The notes under the pieces were generated by a model that had not been told where the DNA came from, did not search any database, and was given only the letters and a program-made list of their open reading frames with translations. This document shows, one piece after another, positions 13,243 to 23,517 of a stretch of 64,000 nt of DNA. Source of the DNA: Pavona decussata (Eukaryota); NCBI GenBank assembly GCA_977016875.1, contig CDRNST010000197.1, positions 186,001-250,000 of the forward strand, written 5' to 3'. A program made the position numbers and the translations under genes. Numbering within the stretch: the first letter of the stretch is position 1; every line of letters begins with the position of its first letter.

Positions 13243-16200
13243 CTGGATTCCTTTCATCGACTTCGAAAGTGGTATAGAAAGATATGAAGTTTGTTTAACT
13301 TCTGCTGCACAAAACTGCACAGTCACCAGTTTCATTGATGTTGGTTTGAACACAAGCTACGCGATAGATGGTCTTAACCTAACACATGGAAAAACATACT
13401 ACGCAATTGTGCGTGGTACAAATGGAATCAGACTCTCATCCGAGACGGCAACTAAAGGAACAATGATCGACTTGACGCCACCCTCTCTGAAGGATAATGA
13501 AGATTTGTTACCAAGGAGACCTCCTCCTACAAAACAACCACCCTCAACTAACATGACGTTCAACGCCTCGTCACCTCAAACAAGCAATCCGACATTGTCA
13601 AGAGTAAATCAAAGTATATCTCGAATCGCGTTCAGATGTTCCGAAGAACACCTAATGTCTAGCTGGGATAAGTTTGAAGATCTAGAGAGTGGAGTAGAAG
13701 AGTACAAATGGTGCGTTGGAACAGCAAAGGCTTCATGTGACGTGCTATCTTTAAGGTCTGTTAGATTGAGAACAAGGGATGCTGCTATTGTTCATAGACT
13801 TCGTTCAGGGGTAGTACTTTTCTCCACTGTATATGCTGTCAATAGAGTAAAGCTTAGACAGGAAATAGTATCAGATCCCTGCACCGTTATCACTGTGGCA
13901 CCCAAGTTAGCTGACGTCATTGACATATCAAGACTCAATACGAGCAATCTCACTGACATTGACTGGAAAGCTACTGTCCGAAGTTTGTCACTGAGTTGGA
14001 AAGTCATAGGAAAATATCTAAATGAAGTCTCACGCTTGCGTGTTCAAGTAGCCGTGACGTCCCTATCTTCTAACCTTTCTGTACCAAGACTCATTGAAGA
14101 CCAGTCCTGGGCCGGCGAGCCTCTTAAACAACCCTTTATGAACGTGCTGTCGTGGAAACGCAATGTTACGATTCAAAGCGTCCCTTTTCAATCTTGGAAC
14201 CGTTATCGCGGCGTAGTAAGGGTCTGGAACGAGGGCGATATCTACTCCGAGGCTGCCAGCGATGGAGTGAAACTGGAGCCAAGTCCTCCACCGAAACGTG
14301 GTCTTACAATCCGAGACAAAGCTGCTGAAAAGGAACATTTACGCTGGTGGCCGAATCTGAGGGTTCCTCCTCTTAATCTGAGTAGAGTAGACCCTGACAT
14401 AATATTTATATCATCTCCTGCGGATTTGAAGCTCGTGATCAGCAGTGGTGTCACAAATGAAACCTCTAACAAAACGGATTATATTTTCGATCATCATCTC
14501 TTTAGCCCAACGGCAGAATTTAAAATTGTTGTCAAGAAAGCTGTAAGTGGGGCGAATAATACGAACACAACCTTCCAGTCTAGAACAATGAAAGTCATCC
14601 CTGGTTTCTCTGACGTAGAGGGTCCTTGCTGTGCCAGAAAAGGAGCTGTGGCACCGTCAACATTAAGTGACACGCACTTCAAACCAGCGTTACCAACCGA
14701 AGACTTTGGTGTCTCTCTTGCGGTTTTACCGAATGAGAACGTGGCCATTGGATGTAAAGACAAGGTGATTATACAGTCCCTGAAAAGTCAAAGTGTTATC
14801 CAGTCTGTTGCGTCGGATAACCTCCTTGATCCAAGTGCAAGAGTTAAGATAGCCTCGCATAGAAACGGAACAGGTTTTCTGATCAATAGTAAAGTCCATC
14901 TCTACGAATATTTTGCAGGCAATAAGGACTTACATAAGACCATCGAAATCGGAAAATGCAAGAGCACTTCAAGTCCAGATTGCTCAAAAAATGAAACATG
15001 GGCGGATACCGTTGGTCAGGTGTTCGCTGTCAGTGACCACATAATTGCAGTAAATGGAAAAAATTCAACTTCAAATAACAGCGTCGTGGCTGTTTTCCGA
15101 AAGGCCGGTAAAGGGTGGACGTTTGAGCAAGCACTTGGGCAGGAAATGAAAGATCCACACTTTGGACAGTCAATAACTTTGAATAAACGTTTACTGGCCA
15201 TAGCTTCCGGAGAGGGAAAGAATTGTTGTGTTTTTATTTACTCTTTACCAACACTGGTTCTTCTGAATACAGTCTGTGTAGCTGAATCTTCAAACCACAC
15301 GGCACCGTTGTCGATACACCTTACTGAGACCGATGCGCTTGTGGTATTGTCCAGAACCCCAAGATTGCTGAAGGTATTCCAGATCAACTCCACATCACAC
15401 TCCCACCAAGTGGTCTGCCACTACGATTCCTGGGGCTATAACGAAGAGCTAAGCGGAAACATTGATGTAAACGTACGAGAGGAAGGTTTTATTATTGCCC
15501 TCGGCATCCAAACGGGAGATAAAAGCGATGAAGGTGTAAAGTTACTGGGCTTTCAAGGAACTTACTCTGACAAAGCAGATCAAAAGGGAGAATCTAGTGA
15601 ATGTGCCAACCTAGGAACAGTCCTCGCACGAAAAAGTGGATTACGAGTGGATGGGATGAGTACTCGAACATCAGTGTCGTTCAAAGGAAACAATATCTTA
15701 TTTGGATTGCCCGGTGTCCTTACGTGGCCTAAAAATGATCAGTGGCTTAGCACGGGGAAATTGTTTATGGCAACATATTGTCCCTTGGATCACTTTCGCT
15801 CTAGAGCTTCTGGAGTAGACAGTTTACGTCCCATAACTTGCCTGCCTTGCAAAAAAGGAAGAAAATCATTTGGAGGCTTTGCCGAAACTTGTACGGTGTG
15901 CGCAGGACGAATTTGTTCCCCAATCAATGATTCGTCCATCTTCACGTCAGATATTTGTGATGACGTTTCTTGTGTTTCTACGTCGGTTGCAAATCTCAGC
16001 ACAAATGGAATCAACCTTCACTTAAAGAATGGCTCGTTCTTCTTCCCAGGGTCCGAAAACGTCTACACCGTCGAGTTTATTGAAACTACACGAGCTGGCC
16101 AATCAACAGGTTCTCTTTCAGAATCGTTCGTTATCGACCCGACATCTCCCGAAGTTGGAGTCGTTTACGACGGACTCGGTAGTGACCAAAACATGAACTG

Positions 16201-16594
16201 TTCCCAGAATACGACATTTGGGGAGGACAGTCAGTGCTCCACTCGAAATTTTGAAGACACGGATGTGAATTTTACCAACAACACACGAGAGATTCACGCA
16301 AGATGGATTGACTTCTTGGATAACGAAAGTGGCATTGTAGAGTATTTCTGGTGTGTAGGAACTCAGCCGATGAAAGATGACATCCGGGTGTGCGAAAGTA
16401 CCGGAATGAGACCAAACGGAAGTCATTATGGACTAACTTTACAGCATGGTGATTCCTATTACGTCACAGTTATTGCCTGCAATGGAGCCCGGATGTGCGC
16501 AGCTGTGCCCAGTGACGGTGTTACCATAGACACCACACCGCCTGACATGACATATGTCAGAGATGGAGTCATGGGGCCAGATATGGACTATCAG
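13243..16594 (+). CDS. Giant protein exon: FN3-like repeats, Pro/Thr linker, inserted beta-propeller-like and Cys-rich modules
   Basis: Acceptor ttgcag|C gives S-WIPFIDFESG. Donor CAG|GTAGGG, phase 0. FG-GAP-like motifs EDFGVSLAV and PHFGQSITL; Cys-rich CP...CLPC...GG...CTVC. Confidence 0.88.
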
Positions 16595-16842
16595 GTAGGG
16601 AGACTCGAGCTCTTGAGTTTGACAACATAGATGAGACATTATTTGCGCTATAAATCGAATGTCATTATCCATTCTTTCTCATATTTTTAACGTTGCGTTT
16701 AAAACCTAAATTTCGAAGTGAAGGAAAATGTGGCGTTCTTTAAACTAAATTTAATTATATTATTTGTCCAGCTCTTCGTGCGTTTAGGAACTATTCTTTG
16801 AGATCGTTAATTGGAAATCTTAATGTTTTGCATTGGTGGCAG

Positions 16843-17346
16843 GTTTTTTTGGATATTATTTTTGCCTACTATTCTGCGAGCGACCCAGACAGTGGAGTGA
16901 CGTCATACGAAGTGGCATGGGGAACTGCGCCGGGTTTAGTTGATGTATCAGGCTTTCAAGAAGTCATGAACACTACAGTATGGCGCGCCAAACTCACAGA
17001 TGGTGCTCTCGAGGCCGGGAAAAGGTACTACGCAACCGTGAGAGCAACAAATGGGGCTGGTCTGCAATCAGAAAGGCTATCTTCTAATGGCATCATAGTC
17101 GGAAAATCAGAATACGTCTTCGACAATTCTTCGACAGGGTCGTTTTTCTTCGATAGTGTCAATGTCAAAGACGATGGAACTCGCAAGGATGAAGGAGTAG
17201 GACAGACATACGGGACATTGAGTGTACCCAAGGGAGCTGTGAAAGAAGAAATGAAGCTGCGGTGTTACAGTTTGGACGAAACGACGCTAAGTTCCAACAA
17301 GACTGACGAGGGTCCTGTTAGTAATCCAACTAAGACAAGACCAAAG
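16843..17346 (+). CDS. Giant protein exon: last FN3-like repeat and start of a ZU5-like domain (GTLSVPKGAV)
   Basis: Acceptor ggcag|GTT, donor AAG|GTAT, phase 0 at both ends. Confidence 0.85.
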
Positions 17347-17467
17347 GTATAAAATAAGTACGAGGTACAGCGGGATTTAAAAATGAGTTATAACTGTTTG
17401 TTACCTAAACCTGACGGGATTAAACGATTCACATTAAAACATCTGGATAGAGAAGTAATGTGGCATT

Positions 17468-17615
17468 AAGGGTTTCAGGTGCTGCGTTGATTGGGAATGA
17501 AAACGAATGTTTGGTGTTATCAATAGAGTTAGGTAATTTGGACACCGTAAGAGATTCCTGACGTTTTGGGCGTTAGCCCTTCGTCAGAACGGATTCGTTC
17601 ATCAACCAAACATTC
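17468..17615 (-). mobile_element. 148-bp Penelope-like insertion carrying a degenerate minimal hammerhead ribozyme motif
   Basis: 13-bp direct repeat GTAATGTGGCATT at 17455-17467 and 17616-17628. Minus strand 17558-17587 reads CTGACGA-AGGGCTAACGCCC-AAAACGTCAG. Internal inverted repeat cgaatgtttggt/accaaacattcg. Confidence 0.65.
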
Positions 17616-17942
17616 GTAATGTGGCATTCCGTCTCTTGTTTTTTAAAGAATACAAAAACTAGCGCAAAAAACCAACCAGCTTCTGAACAAAATCGTCACA
17701 CACTCTAGCCAGTTCTTCCTTTCCTGGTAGTACCAGTGTGCCCACTGCGAAAAGAAAACACTAAGTCCTGCTAAGCATGGAGAAGAAGAGTCATTATTAT
17801 GGTGACAGGGGAGAGAGGAAGAGCCGCCCCTCTTGACGTAAAGTGGTATAAGGGCTTCCCCGTTGACCACGTTACTTTTGTATGTTCTTTTTATAATCAT
17901 CGTCGTCATCATCATCATTATCATTTTTTTTTTTTGCGACAG

Positions 17943-18160
17943 CAATTTATGCTAGGAAACTACAGTTTCCAGATCAAAGCTTTGGATCCAGTGAACAACA
18001 CTGTCCAAGAAGGATACCAGTTTGTTAAGCCAATCAAAATATCCATGTTCTATGATGTTGGCAACCTGGTACAAGCCAATCAAAAGCACGTTAACAACGA
18101 ACTGACCAAGGAAGACGTAGATCCGGTGTTGTATCTTTGGGATCCAGAAAATGAAACCTG
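17943..18160 (+). CDS. Giant protein exon: ZU5/GAIN-like domain core (YQFVKPIKISMFY...PVLYLWDPENETW)
   Basis: Poly-T tract then gacag|CAA. Donor TG|GTTAGT, phase 2. Confidence 0.85.
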
Positions 18161-18698
18161 GTTAGTATGCTTTTCCTTATGGCTGAAATAATACGGATCT
18201 TGGTAGAACTGTGGTGAACTGCGAGCTGACTTATTTGTACGACAAGAATGACAATATGAGCATACCTCCTTTGTGGCCATACCCTCTTACAATTTTATAT
18301 CGTTTGAATGCAAGGCCGTTAAGTTACATCAAACATTGGGGGAAAAACGATTTCCAACTTTACTTACAAAACATAGACCATGCAAGGGAAAATGAAAGGT
18401 CTATCCTGATAAGGAATATTGCTGGAATGCCTTCCTATCTAGATAACTCTTCTCTTGTACACGACTCCGATTACCACGTTCAACCTAAAAAAAAATTAAA
18501 TAAGTAAATAAATAAACGTCTCACTGAAAATATGACATAAATTTCGTACCAGTCATCGAAACGTATAGAAACCAGTTCAAGTTTGTCTCTGGGATTATCG
18601 CCTGCATCCATGTTGGTGAAATATAGAGCCTCATGTTTTCTTCAATCACTGATTAGTTAGAAATTAACAACACTGCGGTCCATCCTCGTATCTTTTAG

Positions 18699-18853
18699 GT
18701 TTGACGCGGCCCTCACTTGTCCAGAACCTTGGAGTCACGTGAACCGTTCGATTAAGTTGCTGACAGTTAACGTATGCCACCTGACTCAATTTGCGTTTTT
18801 CTGGTCTTTCATTGCAAAACACGGCTTGGTCCTGTTCGACAAGAATCATTCAA
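18699..18853 (+). CDS. Giant protein exon missed by the ORF track, encoding the GPS-like motif (W)FDAALTCPEPWSHVNRSIKLLTVNVCHLTQFAFFWSF
   Basis: Acceptor tcttttag|G completes TGG. Donor A|GTAAGT, phase 1. Frame is open throughout. Confidence 0.85.
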
Positions 18854-20706
18854 GTAAGTAATAAAGATTGTGCATTTCAGACCATTCCTCCCCGAAAAGC
18901 TGGAATACTGGAGCACCTTAAACTACAGCGACCACAACTTAAATTTCGTTTCCTCCCAAATTTGGACTAACTCCCTATCGTTTTATAAATCACGGCTTAA
19001 TGCAGTAGTGAAAGAAATTAAGCACTTGCTTCACAGTTCAAATTATAATTTACAAGCTACACTGCTTTCATCACTAAATACAAAATAAGGACAAATTATC
19101 TAGAGAACTACAAAGTACTCTCAGCTCTAAAACAATTTAGGAAAAAATGCTCCCCTGACCAAAATATCCCTCCCTTTAAAAAACTTGCCGAAAACCTCAT
19201 TTCATCAAAGAAAGTCGGCCAAAAAAATACCAATATATTGTCAGAAGAAAGGCATTCACGCCAGTGAAAAGTCAAGGAAAGTGACTTTCTGAAGATGTAA
19301 TTTCAAACGTATAAGTGAACTGCGAAAATGCTTACAAGCTTCTCTTCCTATGTACTGTGGAACAAAACTAAGAGTCTTTCAGTTTAAGTTTATTCATGAA
19401 ATGCAATCAAAGGGCAAGTGCATGGATACAGTGTGTTTGAAAAACCGCTAGACAAAACCGTAGCCACTGAAGATGTTTTTAAATCCGTTACACGAAACGC
19501 TACAATCAAATTCCAGTTGTTTTTACTCACTCGTGTTACAAAAAGTGAATTTGTTGTGCCCTTTTCTAAAAATGAGTATGGATTGTTCCATTTCATCATA
19601 AGTTTAAGGGTTGCTCTCCTACACTATAAATGTTATGACGCCTACCCCCGGGACAATTGCCCGGGCGATGTACACTGCAAGATCATGTTAGTCGTGTTTA
19701 TGAATATTCAAAATTGTCATTGTCTAGCCAAATGCTCTTCTGTGATAACTTATGTCTTCTTCGCTAGCCGAGCCTTACCTTTGTTCTGTCCATGGTCTTT
19801 CCTTTGTTTCAATGCCAACCATTTTGCATAATTAGCACGCGCCAATCCCTTAGCAGAAGAATACGTCTCTCGTTCTTTTGTCTTCGCAATTGTCTGGTCT
19901 CCCTTTCGTTGGTGGCCCTTAGCAATTGCTTCCTTTTGTCCCTTGCTTTGCGCAACTTTCTTTTTTCCTCTATTTAACTTTCGCGCGACTTTCATGGCAT
20001 GATCAATCACATTTTCGGAAGGACGCGCTTTCCTCTCGTTCCCTCTAAACAGTACCGTAATACAATTCCGCAATCGCGGTTCAGATGACTTGTATGTGTG
20101 CCCGCGCTTCCATACAGCGATACTCATTATCCAAATTCGAATAGGCAGCAGTTTATTACAAAACAATAGAAAACATTTGCTGGGAAAGCTTTGTTCCGGA
20201 AGTGAATGTACGACAAATAGATCTAAAGGATGGCAATTAGTTTGTGAGCTTTGTGCACGGGACATAGAGGAGTCCCATCTAACGGTATTGAGGCTAACAT
20301 TTTCTTCACCGTGCAATTGCAGCGAAATTCGCGCAAATCGATGTTGTTGATTCATTACAAAACAAAGTAAGTGGCCAAACAAAGCGTCACACGATCGACG
20401 ACGCGTACCTTTTATATGGGTATATATTTATATTTTTGATCGGCGTGATCAATTTGCGATGCAATCACACGGCACCTCTCATTAGACGGTACGTACATAA
20501 GCACCGGCATGCGGCAGGCTTATGTAGTTCGAATTTATTTTCGCCATCTTGTTATATGAGTAGTAATACGGTAATTTTGTGTCGAGTTACGATATTCAAA
20601 AATCACTGTCCAGATCGCAAAGAAAGAAGTGAGAATAACATGAGCCGTTCGTTCATTGTATGACATATTGAATGAGATAACAGACACCTTAGGGAACCAC
20701 AAAGAT

Positions 20707-21465
20707 TTAATCCCTGCGTGAAGTCGTAGTTGCAGTAGACTTCACTTGTGTCCCCTCATGTGCGCAGCAGGGATCTCCTTCTTCACCTCGCCCGACGTAC
20801 ATGTCGGCCACTCTGTGGCATTTGGGTAGGTAGGGATAGGCTGCGTTCAAAAATGACTTCTTAACTGAACTCCTTACAACACTAGTACGATCACTGCATC
20901 CACCTTTCTCTTCAAACGTCTGGTAGACTCTTTCCTCAGCTTCTACTTCAGAGATCTTAGCTCTTAGGCTGAATTGCTTTTGATCTTGTTTCAATTGTAA
21001 CTGCCTTCGTTTCAATTCTAAACCGTCATTCAAAACTTGTACACGAGCCATTAAAGCTGCCTTTCTAGCTGTGGCCTTGAACCTCGCACTGGATGCGGTA
21101 GTCGAAGAGGACTTCTTTGTACTCTGACTAGCTTGGCTAATGCTATCTTCTAGATCTACATTGTCTTCTAAGCAATCACTTGACAGGTCTAATGCACATG
21201 CCACACTCACGCGGTGCTCTGCCAATTTTAATACCTCGCTGCAATTGTACTCAGCTTCAACATAATGCGTTTGGGCCCGGGGAACCTCTTCCGATATACC
21301 AGCCCCCTCCAACAAGTCTATAAGTTTAACATTACAATAAAACAAATTTCCAAGAGCAGCCCTAACCTCTTTAATCCTTCTCCGGACACGATCGACACTC
21401 GCTCCCTTGTCTGAAAAAGCTGAAAAAATACGAAATGAAACAGCTCGCAAACCGGGCATAAACAA
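20707..21465 (-). mobile_element. Degenerate BEL/Pao-type LTR retrotransposon gag N-terminal remnant
   Basis: DSISQAS...SSSTTASSARFKATARKAALMAR followed by a coiled-coil, a pattern typical of BEL/Pao gag N-termini. No pol region present. Confidence 0.5.
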
Positions 21466-22446
21466 ATACAGAAATACTTACAACCGGCTGAAATAAGCGG
21501 TAAAAATGTAAACTCACATATATTTGGGCATCCTGCCGCCTGTCTCTCCAAATCGAGTCATAAAAAGCGAACAAACTACGCTACATAGCAAAGGTACAAA
21601 CTGCCCGAAGCACATGGTCTCACAAAAAAACATCGCGTGACCCACACAAGGGAGGTACGGAAGGGCGCATGACAACAAACTGTCCCTAAGACAGTAAGGC
21701 AGACTGAAACGCATTTATTCTTTTTGTACTTTTTTTCTTTCTTTATGTAATTAGATTTTATTGATCTTAGTATTTTTGCAGTTTTGTAATCTGCAGTTAT
21801 TGTAATTGTTAGCTATCATTTGGCCTTTTTTACTGCATTGTCATTGTATTATTTTGTGGTGTTGTAAAGTATTACATTGTAAATAAAAAACACACAGCAT
21901 TGTAAAAAAATACAGATTATGCTACAATTGACGGATTTAGTATGATCTTCTTACTTAGTAAAGTTATCAAATCGGCGAAGTGTCCCATCACCTCGCAGCC
22001 TTTCACGGGGTTTGTGTACCCTAAGATGGCATGCCACTTCTTATCAGAGTTAACCTAACATTTTGCTCGATTTTCCTAACTGTTCGCTGGGACAAATTCG
22101 TAGACCTGAGAAGAAATAGGAATTGTGAAAAACGTTTCTTGTCAAAGAAAACCACTCGGCATGCCGCCTCCCCCTCGAAGCAATACTAGTCGAAAAAAGT
22201 CTGTTTATCTTCCGATATATGTTAACTTCTCATCGAACAGATAATTGCCTGTATTTTCCATATCAGAACGCCTTGAAATTGTAAAAATTTCTTTTTTTTT
22301 TTTTTTTAATACTCAACTTTATTTCAATTCTACGTCATGTTAACATTCCTTTCATTTAAGTATTTTTTTTTTACATTTATATTTGATGAGTGATAACACA
22401 TATGTATATATGCAAAGTAAAACAAACGTACAAACAGTATTATATA

Positions 22447-22709
22447 CAGCTGTTTCGACAAAGGTTGTCGAAAAAAAGCACAAAAGCGTACGCAACAATG
22501 CCAAAAGGTAATCCGGGAAATACCCCGGCAATAAATTTCAAGAAAAGCTCAGAATCCATAATGCTTCGACCGTACAGCGAAGACTTGAGATGGCGGGCAA
22601 TATGGATTCTGGGCTTTTCTTGAAATTTATTGGGTATTTCACAGACTACCGTTCGGCATTGTCGCGTACGCTTTGACGCTTTTTTGGACAACCTTTGTGG
22701 AAACAGCTG
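22447..22709. mobile_element. Palindromic MITE, TA target-site duplication (Tc1/mariner-type)
   Basis: TA|CAGCTGTTTCgACAAAGGTTGTC ... GACAACCTTTGTgGAAACAGCTG|TA. Internal arms aataaatttcaagaaaagctcagaatccata / tatggattctgggcttttcttgaaatttatt. Confidence 0.85.
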
Positions 22710-22744
22710 TATACAGCCGAGGAAAATTAAAAGATTACAATTTA

Positions 22745-22905
22745 NNNNNNNNNNNNNNNNNNNNNNNNNNNNNNNNNNNNNNNNNNNNNNNNNNNNNNNN
22801 NNNNNNNNNNNNNNNNNNNNNNNNNNNNNNNNNNNNNNNNNNNNNNNNNNNNNNNNNNNNNNNNNNNNNNNNNNNNNNNNNNNNNNNNNNNNNNNNNNNN
22901 NNNNN
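22745..22905. other. Assembly gap (N run)
   Basis: 161 N bases. Confidence 1.
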
Positions 22906-22919
22906 CATCATGCTAACTA

Positions 22920-23440
22920 ATTCTGTTAAAAATTAAAAATCGTATAAAAGTTATTCTAAAGGACTAATCGAGATATGCTCTTTTAAAAAGGAGAGTCTTA
23001 AGTTTCCGTTTAAAAATGTTAAGACTGTGTTCCTTCCTGAGTTCTAGAGGTAGTCCATTCCACAATCGAGGAGCCGCAGTAGCGAAGGCTCGGTCCCCGA
23101 GGGTGGGCAGCGTTTTAACTGCCAGTGGTTTGAGCGTATAGTTATCATTGGATCTCAAACCATAACTGGAGTTCGGCTTCAATGTGATTAAGTCCCGTAT
23201 ATATTTTGGGGCGGTGCCATGGAGAGCTTTATATGTGATTAAAATTATTTTGAAATAAATTCTATGTTTAATATTTAGCCAATGAAGTTCAGTTAATAAT
23301 GGGGTGATATGACAGTATCTAGGAGCTCTAAAAATTAGTCTTGCCGCTGAATTCTGTAGGCGTTGTAGTTTATAAACAAGGCTGTTTGGTAGCCCATACA
23401 ACAGAGAATTGCAATAATCCAAGCGACTAGTGACGAATGC
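22920..23440 (-). mobile_element. CR1/L2-group LINE, 5'-truncated 3' fragment
   Basis: DYCNSLLYGLP...LQRLQNSAARLI...HITPLL..LHWL...GDRAF..AAPRLWNGLP, the C-terminal RT-associated region of L2/CR1 ORF2. Confidence 0.85.
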
Positions 23441-23517
23441 TTCTACGGAAGGCTACTTAGACGCAAAAAAACCTAATAGCTACAATTACGATTGCTTGTA
23501 CTTCAATTAGAGCATTG

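Noticed and set aside
213-17231. Many short antisense or alternate-frame ORFs overlapping the giant gene
   Set aside because: Shadow ORFs of the coding strand with no recognisable motifs.
7-17352. Reading the large + strand ORFs as a prokaryotic or viral operon of separate adhesins
   Set aside because: Repeat units are split across ORFs at phase-compatible GT/AG sites, and ORF ends run into intron-like sequence.
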